From Dehalococcoidia bacterium (GTDB taxonomy: Bacteria; Chloroflexota; Dehalococcoidia; Plut-88900), in NCBI GenBank assembly GCA_965207225.1, contig CBDBLV010000005.1, positions 352,001-416,000 of the forward strand: DNA of 64,000 nucleotides, given 5' to 3'. Within the stretch, counting starts at the first letter, position 1. The number at the start of each line of letters is the position of its first letter. Shown here piece after piece: positions 46,899-56,496 of this stretch. The notes beneath the pieces were generated by a model, which was not told where the DNA came from, searched no databases, and was given only the letters and a program-made list of their open reading frames with translations. Position numbers and translations under genes: made by a program.

Positions 46899-49724
46899 AT
46901 GGCCCGAACGACGCAACGCAGTAACAGGAAAGAAGTTGAAACATTCGTACACGATGCGGCGAAGCGGATGAACATACCCACCGCCGAATACCGCTCAGTC
47001 TTGGATGAGAATGAACAGAGCCCTATCGAGGTTGCCTACGCGCGACGTAATCGGGACCTTGACCCCCAACTTGTCTGGCGTGGCAAGAACGCACAGGATA
47101 TCTCCGATCTCATTGTGCAGGCACCGCCGCTGTACATTCAGGAGAAGGTTCATCCCAAGGTGCTCATCGACGATTTGATGAATCGCAGCGGACGAATCGA
47201 GGCTGAGCATGCGTCATCCTCTGAGGGCTTCCAGTACGATCTGTTTTCTGATTTCAATGGTTTGCCTGAGGGTGCAGAACGCACCGATTTCTACGCGCAT
47301 GACGCCAACTGGTCGAACCGCATGATTCTCGGCGATAGCCTGCAGGTTATGGCGTCACTCACGGAACGCGAAGGTCTGCGGGGCAAGGTACAGTGCATCT
47401 ACATCGACCCACCGTACGGAATCAAGTTCAACTCGAACTTCCAGTGGTCAACGACAAGCCGCGACGTTCGTGATGGAAGACAAGATCACATCACACGTGA
47501 GCCGGAGCAGGTGAAAGCCTTCCGGGACACATGGCGAGACGGCATTCACTCTTATCTGTCGTACTTACGCGACCGCCTTGAAGCTGCTCGTGACCTCCTC
47601 TCGGACTCGGGGTCAGTATTTGTCCAGATCGGAGACCAGAATGTACATCGTGTACGGGTAGTATTGGACGAGGTCTTTGGAGAAGAGGGATTCATTGCCC
47701 AGATTACTTTTCGTGTTAAGAGTCCTTTAGGGGTCTCGGATCTTGCGCGCACCACAGACTTCCTTCTGTGGTATGCCAAGGACCATGAAGCAGTAAAGTT
47801 CAGACGGCTACGAGTTCCTAAGGATATTGACACCCATCCTGAGTTCTCGCTAGCGCTCTTGCCGGATGGCAAGATCACCTCGCGTGCACATGCGAATGCA
47901 AGCACGAATGGGGAGGATTGTCGCTTTTTTACGGCACAGAACCTTGGCTCGTCCGGATACACGCCCTCCTGCATGTTCGACTTTTCCGTTCGGGGCAAGA
48001 CTTATTCCTATCCCCGAGGGAAGAGTTGGAAGACGAATGAAACAGGTATGCGTCGGCTTCAGTTCGCTGATCGGCTCCATCCACTTAGGACCAGCCTTAG
48101 ATGGCGGTACTTCTTCGATGATGCCCCCAGTGAGGTTATCACTGATGTTTGGCTCGACACATTCGCCGCATCCGACAAGAGCTACGTCGTTCAAACATCC
48201 GCTTCCGTTATACAACGTTGCTTGCTAATGACGACCGACCCCGGTGACCTTGTGCTCGACCCCACATGCGGGTCTGGAACGACCGCATATGTAGCCGAAC
48301 AGTGGGGCAGACGTTGGATCACTATAGACACATCGAGGGTCGCGCTCGCGCTCGCACGGGCGCGGATAATGGGAGCACGCTACCCTTACTACCTACTGGC
48401 AGACAGTGTCGAAGGCAAGAAAAAGGAGGCAAAGATCGCATGCTCTGAGAACTCGACGGTGCCATCGTATGGAGACATTCGACTGGGCTTCGTTTACCAG
48501 AGGGTACCCCACGTTACGCTCCGCGATATCGCCAACAACACAGAGATCGACGTGATCTGGGAGCAGTTTCGGAAGACCCTGGATCCACTGCGAGAGCAGC
48601 TAAACGAGGCTCTCGGCGAGTTCTGGGAGGAATGGGAGATCCCGCGTGAGGCTGATGAGGAGTGGCCAAACACAGCGCAGATGCTGCACGAACGATTGTG
48701 GTCCGTCCGCAAAGCTCGCCAACGCGAGATTGACGCTAGTATCGCCGCGAATGCCGAATATGAGTACCTCTACGACCAGCCCTATACCGACGACCGCAAG
48801 GTGCGCATTGCCGGCCCATTTACGGTCGAGAGTATTTCACCTCATCGGGTCCTGGGTGTCGACGAGAACGACGAGCTCATCGACGCCGTCCCCGAGTCGC
48901 TGGGCTCCAATGGACAGATCCAGGACTTTGCCTCGATCATTATTGAGCACCTCAAAACTGCAGGGGTACACCAGGCGCACAGGGAAGACCGAATCACTTT
49001 CTCCTCAATTACTCCGTGGCCCGGCTTAATGGTCTGCGCTGAGGGGCGCTACACTGAGGCACACGGCGGTGCCCGTGAAGTAGCGACCGAGAAGCGCGCC
49101 GGCATCTTCATCGGGCCCGAGTTTGGCACTGTATCGCGGCCAGACCTGGTCGAAGCCGCCCGAGAGGCCGCCGACGCTGGCTTCGATGTGCTCATCGCCT
49201 GTGGCTTCAACTACGAAGCCCACGCCACCGAATTCAGTCGACTAGGGCGCATCCCGGTACTCAAGGCACGCATGAACGCCGACCTTCATATGGCCGGTGA
49301 CCTAAAGAACACTGGCAAGGGTAATCTCTTCGTTATCTTCGGTGAACCCGACATCGATATCCTTGACGCATCCAGCGACGACGATGCGGTCACCGGACAG
49401 GTCAAAGTAAGGGTCAACGGTGTGGATGTCTTCCACCCGAACACTGGTGAGGTACGCAGCGACGGGCCTAACGGCATTGCCTGTTGGTTCATCGACACGG
49501 ACTATAACGAGGAGAGCTTCTTCGTGCGCCACGCCTACTTCCTCGGGGCCGACGACCCGTACAAAACGCTCAAGACTACACTCAAGGCCGAAATCAATGA
49601 GGAGGCATGGGAGACCCTGCACAGTGCCGTTTCACGCCCTTTTGACAAGCCTGAGTCAGGTCGTATTGCTGTTAAAGTCATCAATCACCTCGGCGACGAA
49701 GTGTTGAAGGTCTACCGCCTGTAA
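46899..49724 (+). CDS. mod: adenine DNA methyltransferase (type III Mod-like)
   Basis: YIDPPYG motif IV before DPTCGSGTT motif I (beta class). Confidence 0.9.
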   Translation: MARTTQRSNRKEVETFVHDAAKRMNIPTAEYRSVLDENEQSPIEVAYARRNRDLDPQLVWRGKNAQDISDLIVQAPPLYIQEKVHPKVLIDDLMNRSGRIEAEHASSSEGFQYDLFSDFNGLPEGAERTDFYAHDANWSNRMILGDSLQVMASLTEREGLRGKVQCIYIDPPYGIKFNSNFQWSTTSRDVRDGRQDHITREPEQVKAFRDTWRDGIHSYLSYLRDRLEAARDLLSDSGSVFVQIGDQNVHRVRVVLDEVFGEEGFIAQITFRVKSPLGVSDLARTTDFLLWYAKDHEAVKFRRLRVPKDIDTHPEFSLALLPDGKITSRAHANASTNGEDCRFFTAQNLGSSGYTPSCMFDFSVRGKTYSYPRGKSWKTNETGMRRLQFADRLHPLRTSLRWRYFFDDAPSEVITDVWLDTFAASDKSYVVQTSASVIQRCLLMTTDPGDLVLDPTCGSGTTAYVAEQWGRRWITIDTSRVALALARARIMGARYPYYLLADSVEGKKKEAKIACSENSTVPSYGDIRLGFVYQRVPHVTLRDIANNTEIDVIWEQFRKTLDPLREQLNEALGEFWEEWEIPREADEEWPNTAQMLHERLWSVRKARQREIDASIAANAEYEYLYDQPYTDDRKVRIAGPFTVESISPHRVLGVDENDELIDAVPESLGSNGQIQDFASIIIEHLKTAGVHQAHREDRITFSSITPWPGLMVCAEGRYTEAHGGAREVATEKRAGIFIGPEFGTVSRPDLVEAAREAADAGFDVLIACGFNYEAHATEFSRLGRIPVLKARMNADLHMAGDLKNTGKGNLFVIFGEPDIDILDASSDDDAVTGQVKVRVNGVDVFHPNTGEVRSDGPNGIACWFIDTDYNEESFFVRHAYFLGADDPYKTLKTTLKAEINEEAWETLHSAVSRPFDKPESGRIAVKVINHLGDEVLKVYRL

Positions 49725-49755
49725 AGGTTACCAGCGGCAAGGAGGGACCAACAGG

Positions 49756-50808
49756 TTGAGGTTCGACATAGTACCGATAAAGCCGAACGCTTCACACGAT
49801 CTCTTCAAAGCACTCGTCAATGCACTCGATGAGCCTTCTAATCAAGGTGCAGAGGTAAGAGCAGCTTTCGCTTACGCAACAGTAGGTGGGATACATCAGC
49901 TCATAGACACTCTAAGTACCGCCAAGGGATGGAAGTCGGCCAAGAAGCAGATAATGGTCGGTGTGCACAATGGGATCACGGAGCCCGCGGGGCTAAACGA
50001 ATTACGCGGCTTGGAGCGTACCCAGATTCGTGCATTTGTACCGGGGCGGAGACTTACATGGAGAGCATTCGCAATGACACCCGTGTTCCACCCCAAGGTG
50101 CTTGCGCTCGTGACAAATCACGGTTTGACGGCAATTCAAGCTGGATCGGCTAACCTCACTTCCGCCGCGATGGGAGTGAGCCCGACGAACTACGAACTAG
50201 TGCTTTCCACGTTCGCAGCCCCTGCCGCTTCACTTGACGCTCAAGGGAAGTTCGACAGTTGGTGGATGGATCTCTGGGATGCGTCCCGTGTTGTGAACTG
50301 GCGTTTTATCATGCAATACGCCCGTTTGCGCCAGCAGGTACTTGAGGCAAACCCGATCCTGCGGACTATGATAGAAACGCCCGAGACAATCAAGGACGCC
50401 CGCCACCTCTTCTTGGAAGTAGGAGCAGGATCTGGCCCTCCGCACCAACGCCATCAGGTCGAGTTTCCTAAGGCGTTAGCCGAATTTTTTGGGGAAGCAA
50501 CCTATTCGCGCCGGGACCTGAGGATGCGGCAGCGGCAGCAAGTGTGGGACCGGAGGCCTCTCTCGTATAAGAAAACGAGCTACGGAGTTGACATCTGGCG
50601 CCTCGGCATGCCTACGCAGACGACCGGCGGTCCTAGCATTGCTGAAAGGGTGATCAGGTTCACCCGTACCGAAGAACCGAACACGTTTGATTATGAGGTA
50701 ACCGACGTAGATAGCAAAGAGTTCCTGAATTGGGAATCGTCAGCGAATCTGTCGGGACACCTGGGAACTACGCAAGGTCAGCGTGCTCGAAAATATGGCT
50801 TCTATTGA
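49756..50808 (+). CDS. phospholipase D-family (HxK) nuclease
   Basis: AFAYATVGG, FHPKV, GSANLT; NgoFVII/BfiI-like pattern; GGAGG RBS before TTG. Confidence 0.75.
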   Translation: MRFDIVPIKPNASHDLFKALVNALDEPSNQGAEVRAAFAYATVGGIHQLIDTLSTAKGWKSAKKQIMVGVHNGITEPAGLNELRGLERTQIRAFVPGRRLTWRAFAMTPVFHPKVLALVTNHGLTAIQAGSANLTSAAMGVSPTNYELVLSTFAAPAASLDAQGKFDSWWMDLWDASRVVNWRFIMQYARLRQQVLEANPILRTMIETPETIKDARHLFLEVGAGSGPPHQRHQVEFPKALAEFFGEATYSRRDLRMRQRQQVWDRRPLSYKKTSYGVDIWRLGMPTQTTGGPSIAERVIRFTRTEEPNTFDYEVTDVDSKEFLNWESSANLSGHLGTTQGQRARKYGFY

Positions 50809-50839
50809 TCGGTCAAAGCCAGCAAGGTAAACGGCTGTA

Positions 50840-51100
50840 TTGCGGCGCGGAAATGTCTTGGACCAATTGGAGACCATCAGCGCCTGTGCGCGGCACCTGA
50901 GAAGGTCCATGAAGAAGAGCAAGCTGACCGAGCGCAAAGTCTTCATAGACTCCCCCGTGAAGGAAGCCCTTGTCACTCCTCGCCGACGCCCTCATGCACC
51001 ATACCGTCCCCACGCTGGAGGACAGCCCTCCGACCGGCAGGAACGCCGAGGAAATGGCGCGGAATTTCTCGCTTCTATCCACCGTGCTGATTGATGGACT
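50840..51100 (+). pseudogene. C-terminal remnant of a serine integrase paralog
   Basis: RRGNVLDQLETISA...KKSKLTERKVFIDSPVKE / HTVPTLEDSP...LLSTVLIDG aligns with RRQFLDSADTIAA...KSSEVTETRAFVQSFVKE / YSIPTPEDSP...VMSTERDGG; one frameshift. Confidence 0.8.
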
Positions 51101-51363
51101 ACTGACATCGCCCGGTACCCGATGGTCTAGAGGGCAGTGGCGTCTACGTCCAGGAACACAACCGCAGCGATGACCTGTTCGTGCGCACATTCGACGAGCA
51201 TGATCCGCTTCGGTATCGAAGCGGCAACGAGGCCCGTTGGAGCCGTTAGCATGAAGCACGCAGTCAAGCTTGAAGCGACATCGACGCACTGTCCTGCCGG
51301 AGAAGAATGTCATGTTCCCCAGTTTAGTCTTTCGTGTGAAATCGCTTGGGTTGTCTTCACGTT

Positions 51364-51385
51364 TACGCAGATATCTGCGTATAAT
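51364..51385 (+). promoter_or_regulatory. 18-bp palindromic operator overlapping a -10 box
   Basis: TACGCAGATATCTGCGTA (51364-51381), TATAAT at 51380-51385, ATG at 51393. Confidence 0.75.
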
Positions 51386-51392
51386 TATTAGC

Positions 51393-51755
51393 ATGAGGAG
51401 AAAGTCAGGCACCCTTATCCCTATAGAGCAATCAATCCTTGCGGCTGCCATGCAGCTAAGCATTGAAGGTATACGGGAATTTCACGGCTTTGGTATCGCC
51501 AAGGAGATCAAGAGTCAAAGAGATGCTCGTCTCCTTACCGGTCATGGCACCCTATATCGGGCTCTCGGGAGACTCGAAAAGCAAGGGTATCTCGATGGCC
51601 GCTGGGAAGACCCAGTCCTTGCTGCACGCGAAAACCGCCCACGACGGAAGCTGTATAAGCTCACTGCTACGGGCGTCTCCGCTGGCACGGCATCAATCTC
51701 AGATATGCCCCATCCTACAAGACTCCTAAGAGCAGTTTGGGCGGATTTATGCTAA
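51393..51755 (+). CDS. PadR-family transcriptional regulator
   Basis: HGFGIAKEI...GTLYRALGRLEKQGYL..RW...RRKLYKLT..G. Confidence 0.9.
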   Translation: MRRKSGTLIPIEQSILAAAMQLSIEGIREFHGFGIAKEIKSQRDARLLTGHGTLYRALGRLEKQGYLDGRWEDPVLAARENRPRRKLYKLTATGVSAGTASISDMPHPTRLLRAVWADLC

Positions 51756-52696
51756 CCACTTCCCTGCTTATATCATTGCTTGTGCCTTTCATTCTGTTAG
51801 CTGTCTTCGCATTTGCCATGCCTATGGTCAAAGTACTCTTGAGAACATGGACCTGGTTGTACACCTCGGTTGCTCCGGAAGGTGAGCGCCTCAGCCGACG
51901 CGCTGAAATGCTGTCGGACCTGTATGAGCATATCCAAGGCTCGAAGGCAGAAGGCCACAGGCCAGCAGAGATAGCAGTTCAGGTGCTACTGCGCATGGTG
52001 TTTGGGGTTAAGGATGACCTGGCTTGGTCCGCCCCGTATCTTCCAAAGGCGATGGCTGACAGCTTGGAGAGAGGGGGCAATGGTCTCAGCCACTTCAAGA
52101 CACCGACAGTGGTGATTACATCCCTTGCCTTGTTCGGTTTGCTAAATACCTCGCTCGTAGTGTCGGATGGAGACAAGCCCTGGACGTTGTTCTTGGGCAT
52201 GAACGTCGTTGCGAGCGGTGTGATTCTCGTGATGCATAATCAGCAACGCTCCTGGGCCCGCAGAATCCTCCAGGGGTACCTTGGCATAACGACAGTATCG
52301 CTTGTTGGTATTTTCGTATGGGTGGTCCTCCACCACCGCCTGTACGAAATGCCTGGCTTCTACAGACTCATTCTCCAGGTCGCGGTAGCCATGCTGCCTC
52401 TGATTCTGGCCATGTTGGTCAGCACCGAACGATGTCGAGCACGTTTCTTCAAGGATCGCTGGTGGCCAGTCATTGTATGTTGGGGTCTCATCGCAGCGAT
52501 TTCGCTTGCCGCCGCCGTGAATTTGGGACTTTCAACCTTGATCACCGTTTGGACTGGGATGGTTGTGGCGGCTCTGTCTGTCGTGATTGTGTGCGCAATT
52601 TTTCTCGGTTGCGCCGCCATAGTCTGTCATGGTGGTTTGAAAGGAGGCGCGGGTATATTGCGGCTAATGGCGGCAGGAGTTCGACTTCTGAAGTAG
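51749..52696 (+). CDS. polytopic membrane protein (PadR partner)
   Basis: About 7 TM helices; W..LYT...RRAEM.SDL.EH motif; overlaps padR. Confidence 0.8.
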   Translation: MLTTSLLISLLVPFILLAVFAFAMPMVKVLLRTWTWLYTSVAPEGERLSRRAEMLSDLYEHIQGSKAEGHRPAEIAVQVLLRMVFGVKDDLAWSAPYLPKAMADSLERGGNGLSHFKTPTVVITSLALFGLLNTSLVVSDGDKPWTLFLGMNVVASGVILVMHNQQRSWARRILQGYLGITTVSLVGIFVWVVLHHRLYEMPGFYRLILQVAVAMLPLILAMLVSTERCRARFFKDRWWPVIVCWGLIAAISLAAAVNLGLSTLITVWTGMVVAALSVVIVCAIFLGCAAIVCHGGLKGGAGILRLMAAGVRLLK

Positions 52697-52939
52697 ACTT
52701 CGACATGCCCCCTTGTGGATGGTCAACCTGGCTGTAGTCCACATCCAAGTTCCTCCTTGAATACCTCTGAAGATTCCAATCAGTCCCCAAGCGTGATCGG
52801 ACTCTGTACCAGAAAAGGTAACACCCATTCCTTGCTAACCAGGAGCCTATACCTGACTCAAAGCGAAGGTCGGTGTTCACACAGCTTCGGTAGCCCCATC
52901 TAACCGGATTCGAACAAATCTTGTTCCTTATTTGAATGT

Positions 52940-53250
52940 CGTGGTGCTACTTAGATAGCAACCTCCCACCGAAAGGTTCGCAGTATAGTACGTGACGGCC
53001 ATCAATTCGTATCTGAGACCGTCGGGGACTCGAACTTTTCTGAACGTTGAACAAGAGCGGAAGGTTAAGATGGTAGCCGCGGGATGCTATGGCACCAACA
53101 CAACAAGGGGAGGAAACCGAGATCGAAATGTGCTTGAACTGCCGGACCATGTACGCAGTCCTCTTGCGTTGCTGGCCTAATGGGCTATTCCGTGTGGGCG
53201 TTTCTCTAATTCCGGCAATAATAACGAGCCTTAGCCCTCCCTCAACTGAC
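52940..53250. repeat. diverged ~300-bp direct repeat, copy C, containing an att-like motif
   Basis: 30 bp identical to copy D (53013-53042 = 61632-61661); GTTC-N17-GGCCATCA at 52976-53004; further matching patches CAACACAACA and TTAGCC.TCCCT. Confidence 0.8.
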
Positions 53251-53536
53251 CGAATCATCGTGGCGACAGTGGGGGCCAAACACCAGGCCGTCGTGTCCCA
53301 CCAGTCTTGATAAAACAACTGTCAACCTGACCCTCACTTTAGCGCTATAGGTCTGCTTGGGAACTGAGCCAGCTTAATTTCAGGTGGTCCTCCTGCAAGT
53401 TTGTGTAATAGGTATACGCACTGAGCAAGACAGCCTTGAGCGGAATCGGGAAGATTGAATGCACTTAGGCCCATGGCGTCGGTGACGGTGAGCTTGAAGG
53501 TCAGGCCGTCCGGGGCCCTCTACGGGATGAGGTGCA

Positions 53537-53995
53537 TTAAAAGCGGCACCCTGCGTCTTTTAACACCTGGCGATCGGGCTCTGGTAGAGCGCCAATTGCC
53601 GCGACAACTACCACCCGCTTCTCCTTAACGTCAGTGTCCGCCATAAACAATGCCTCATCAACCTTCAAGGCGCGGTCTTGTTCCTCAGCAAATGTCAGCA
53701 GGGTCTCGTAATAGTCCACTGCGGCATCACGAAACTCTCGCATGCCTTGCGGTGGATCATAGCGCAGCAGTTGAATTGCCCACGTTAGATCGCCGGCTAA
53801 GTTGGGCCAACCTAGAGCAGAGTATTCCGGCCTTTCAGGGCCGCAGACATCATCGGCAAACCACATCATCTCTTCCTCGCGACTCATGGGTTCTACCCAA
53901 TCGGGGGTTGGCTCAGGGCTGCTGCACGCTGCAAGGGTAATTGGTAATGCCAAGACGCCCAGCGATAAGAATGTTAAACGAGTCACTTGCGTCAT
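53537..53995 (-). CDS. putative lipoprotein
   Basis: Lipobox-like TLAAC; helical acidic body; start approximate. Confidence 0.65.
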   Translation of the reverse strand: MTQVTRLTFLSLGVLALPITLAACSSPEPTPDWVEPMSREEEMMWFADDVCGPERPEYSALGWPNLAGDLTWAIQLLRYDPPQGMREFRDAAVDYYETLLTFAEEQDRALKVDEALFMADTDVKEKRVVVVAAIGALPEPDRQVLKDAGCRF

Positions 53996-54002
53996 TTCCG
54001 CC

Positions 54003-54041
54003 GGCCCGGGGGCTGCTCCCATGTGGAGCAGCCCCCGGGCC
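54003..54041. terminator. perfect 17-bp stem-loop between the secreted gene and the lipoprotein
   Basis: GGCCCGGGGGCTGCTCC-CATGT-GGAGCAGCCCCCGGGCC. Confidence 0.7.
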
Positions 54042-54048
54042 ACTATTC

Positions 54049-54729
54049 CTACCATGTTATCCAGTACACCGTGTAGGTGTCGCCGAATATCTGCCACAGG
54101 TCGGCCCCATCGCCGTTTCGGAAGCGATGGTCTCCCCAGACGCCGTATTTGTGTCCTGGTACGGCGCCACGAGCTCGGCTGATAACCCTAGCGGGGGTCA
54201 CACCGCACGGCTCGATTTCGTCCGTTGCCGTCCAGAAGATTCTGTCTGAGTCAGGCCATACGCGCTTCGACCGGCCCTTGACCCAACAGTTGTCTATCTG
54301 GCCGCCGTATGTGACCCTTGTGCCTGTCACAGGCTGGATCCAATTGTAGCATTCTTCGGTTCTCCCGGCGTAAAAACCGGCATACCCCTCGGCGGTGCCA
54401 CCGCCCTGTTCCGAGGGAATAGCCTTCGTCCAGTACGTTAGCGTTAGCTCCTGCTGCTCCAAGCAGTCGCCGCCACTGTCCGCAGCGGTGTCGCCGTCAT
54501 CTGGAGTCGTGTGTTGCGGCGTCTTCCATCCGGCCTCGTATTCAGCCAGAGTAGGAATTGGCGGCAGAGGAGGCGGCACGAAATCGGATGGCAGTTCGAT
54601 GAACCCGTCGGCATCGACAGGCGGGGCGGTTTCGGGCTCTTCTGCATGCGCGGGCATGGCAAATAGGACCGCCAAGAGCGTGACGACCGCTAATACAGTG
54701 ACCAGTGCTGCAAATTTCTTGAGCTTCAT
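54049..54729 (-). CDS. secreted protein with Pro/acidic pro-region and Cys-containing C-domain
   Basis: Signal peptide ending AHA-E; GGGAGG RBS. Confidence 0.8.
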   Translation of the reverse strand: MKLKKFAALVTVLAVVTLLAVLFAMPAHAEEPETAPPVDADGFIELPSDFVPPPLPPIPTLAEYEAGWKTPQHTTPDDGDTAADSGGDCLEQQELTLTYWTKAIPSEQGGGTAEGYAGFYAGRTEECYNWIQPVTGTRVTYGGQIDNCWVKGRSKRVWPDSDRIFWTATDEIEPCGVTPARVISRARGAVPGHKYGVWGDHRFRNGDGADLWQIFGDTYTVYWITW

Positions 54730-54782
54730 AATGAACCTCCCAAAGTATCGGGTGTTAAGGGACGTTTAAGACTTGGGAGCAT
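54726..54782 (-). CDS. putative 18-aa leader peptide MLPSLKRPLTPDTLGGSL
   Basis: AAGGAGG RBS; stop overlaps the downstream start (ATGA). Confidence 0.35.
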   Translation of the reverse strand: MLPSLKRPLTPDTLGGSL

Positions 54783-54899
54783 TTCCGCCTCCTTTCATAA
54801 CGTTACCCGGCCAAGAGGACATCGACCATTGTCCGACTGCGCGGTTAGGCCAAGGTGGGGTACAAAGGGAAAGGGAAAAGGGGTGGTCGTGGTTGTCCG

Positions 54900-54965
54900 T
54901 TATGGACAGGTGCATGCGACGGGCGTTACCACAATGACCGGGCGGGGGAATGCCGTCTTGTTCAT
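54900..54965 (-). CDS. putative 21-aa peptide MNKTAFPRPVIVVTPVACTCP
   Basis: TAAGGAGG RBS 6 nt before the ATG. Confidence 0.4.
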   Translation of the reverse strand: MNKTAFPRPVIVVTPVACTCP

Positions 54966-55102
54966 TTCGGACCTCCTTATCATGTCGGGTCGGAGTCCTA
55001 TGATCCTTCGGGGCGTCGGTCAGGGGAGTGGTGGCCCTGTATCAACTTAAACACTTAGCACGTTGTCGGTTTCGCCGAGTGCCAACATCGTAGGAGAGGC
55101 TT

Positions 55103-55174
55103 GTGAAATAGCCGTGAAAAGCAACCCTATTTCCGTGAAAGAATCCGCAAAAAATTTGGGTAGGTTCCGTGAAT
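55103..55174. promoter_or_regulatory. five-box GTGAAA array, copy 2 (two boxes degenerate)
   Basis: Boxes at 55103, 55114, 55135, 55147 (GCAAAA), 55169 (GTGAAT). Confidence 0.7.
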
Positions 55175-55230
55175 GCTTTTCACGGAACTTCCCGGATAGG
55201 TGTCATCGAATCGTAACAAGGCGGATATCT

Positions 55231-55374
55231 ATGACGAGGGAAACGGCAGCCCAAGAGGTCGAAAGGCAGCGGGACCGCCCCGCCACCTTCAGCGAGGTCG
55301 GCCGTCGCATCACCGAGAGTTGGGACTTCGATACCGGGCTTCAGGAAGTCGTGGAGGGGGTCCGTTCAGCCTAG
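55231..55374 (+). pseudogene. short remnant of the GAF sensor kinase
   Basis: EVERQRDR..SEVGRRITESWDFDTGLQEVVEG then stop. Confidence 0.85.
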
Positions 55375-55560
55375 TGTGACGTCGGTCCTAACGGAGAACC
55401 TCTGCGAAGGCTGCTTCGAGGCGGGCGCCGCGGGAGATAGGAGAATTGTGGGCGGCACAGTGGCCCAAGACGTGGTTTTGCAAGGCGCGGGCCGCTCGAA
55501 CTTCGTGATGTGTAAGTTGCACGCAGGCGCGTGCGACAACCTCATTCAGCACCATACCCA
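55371..55560 (-). mobile_element. possible IS630-like transposase C-terminal fragment and IS end
   Basis: Minus frame ...VRAARALQNHVLGHCAAHNSP... ending near ...GTCACACTAG; weak resemblance only. Confidence 0.3.
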
Positions 55561-55720
55561 AATTCCGGGTAATGTCTCAGTTTTAGGGTTAGGAGATTGA
55601 AAGGTGTGCCGCGTACCCATAAAGGTCACTAGAGGCGGTGCCTCTTGGATTCACGGGAGTTTGGGACGCTCGCTTCAGCAACGTTCCAAAGTTGCCGCTC
55701 CCTTTCTCTGACACCAATTT

Positions 55721-55751
55721 AGGCCCTGGGGGTTACGCGACCCCAGGGCCT
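55721..55751. terminator. stem-loop downstream of the protease operon
   Basis: AGGCCCTGGGG...CCCCAGGGCCT. Confidence 0.6.
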
Positions 55752-55809
55752 CTTCAAATTTCTCTATAGTGACGTTCACGTTCTCGCGTTCCGACACTCT
55801 CCGAAGCCG

Positions 55810-56496
55810 CTAGTCAGTGTTGCCCGTCGGCCCCACTTCACCCGACTCGGGCTCGATAGCTCGCCTGATCTCGGACATTGCAAACGTCATCTCCCCAAAC
55901 ATGTCTTCTCTCGTGCCCCTTGGTTTGAGAATAACGGAGTCGTCTACCCTCCCTGTCGGCCCTACCTCACCGATGCCTCCCACAACATCGAACACCCCAT
56001 TATCCATGCTGACTCTAACGTAGTAATCGTCCACCGCGGTTATGCCCGGTGCATCCGCATCGTTGAGAAACAATAGGACCTGGTGCCCATTCAGCAAGGT
56101 TGTACTGTCCTCATCTATATCTACCCTATCCACATCTAGAGCTCCCACTACTATGGTTTTCACATCTTGGCCAAGCTCACCGCGTAGCACCTCGGTCACC
56201 GTTATTTCATAGAACACCACCGGAATGCCCCAGACTGCTCCCTCCGGAGGGTTTTCTTCTCCGTAATCGACGTCTCGGGCCACGACCTCTCCCATTGTTC
56301 CGACAATAACCAGATCAGACACGCTTGACAGCCCTTCTAGAGAGGAGTAGACCGGCATGTCTGCCTCCATAGCGATTCTGGGGCTCTCGACATCTCCCCG
56401 TGAAACGAACCAGATGGAAATAACCAGCAACGATGCTAGCATCGCCGCCATCACCGGCAGCAAAGTTCGGTTCTTCTGGTTGCCAAGCGCATTCAA
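55810..56496 (-). CDS. membrane-anchored extracellular protein
   Basis: N-terminal TM; YSSLEGL...SDLVIVGT...VTEVLRG...QVLLFL pattern. Confidence 0.75.
   Translation of the reverse strand: MNALGNQKNRTLLPVMAAMLASLLVISIWFVSRGDVESPRIAMEADMPVYSSLEGLSSVSDLVIVGTMGEVVARDVDYGEENPPEGAVWGIPVVFYEITVTEVLRGELGQDVKTIVVGALDVDRVDIDEDSTTLLNGHQVLLFLNDADAPGITAVDDYYVRVSMDNGVFDVVGGIGEVGPTGRVDDSVILKPRGTREDMFGEMTFAMSEIRRAIEPESGEVGPTGNTD

Noticed and set aside
46899-49724. Phase-variable mod gene
   Set aside because: No simple sequence repeat tract seen in the 5' region
53020-53040. GTTCGAGTCCCC (minus strand; also 61640-61660) as a tRNA gene
   Set aside because: Only a T-loop-like piece; no D-arm, anticodon arm or acceptor stem could be built
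52947-53318. ORFs across repeat C (52947..53318 minus, 52992..53180 plus)
   Set aside because: Frames are not preserved in repeat D, so conservation looks DNA-level rather than protein-level
53470-53520. Minus-strand fragment APDGLTFKLTVTDAMG resembling a PKD/Ig-like domain
   Set aside because: Too short, no ORF context; at most a scar of a lost surface gene
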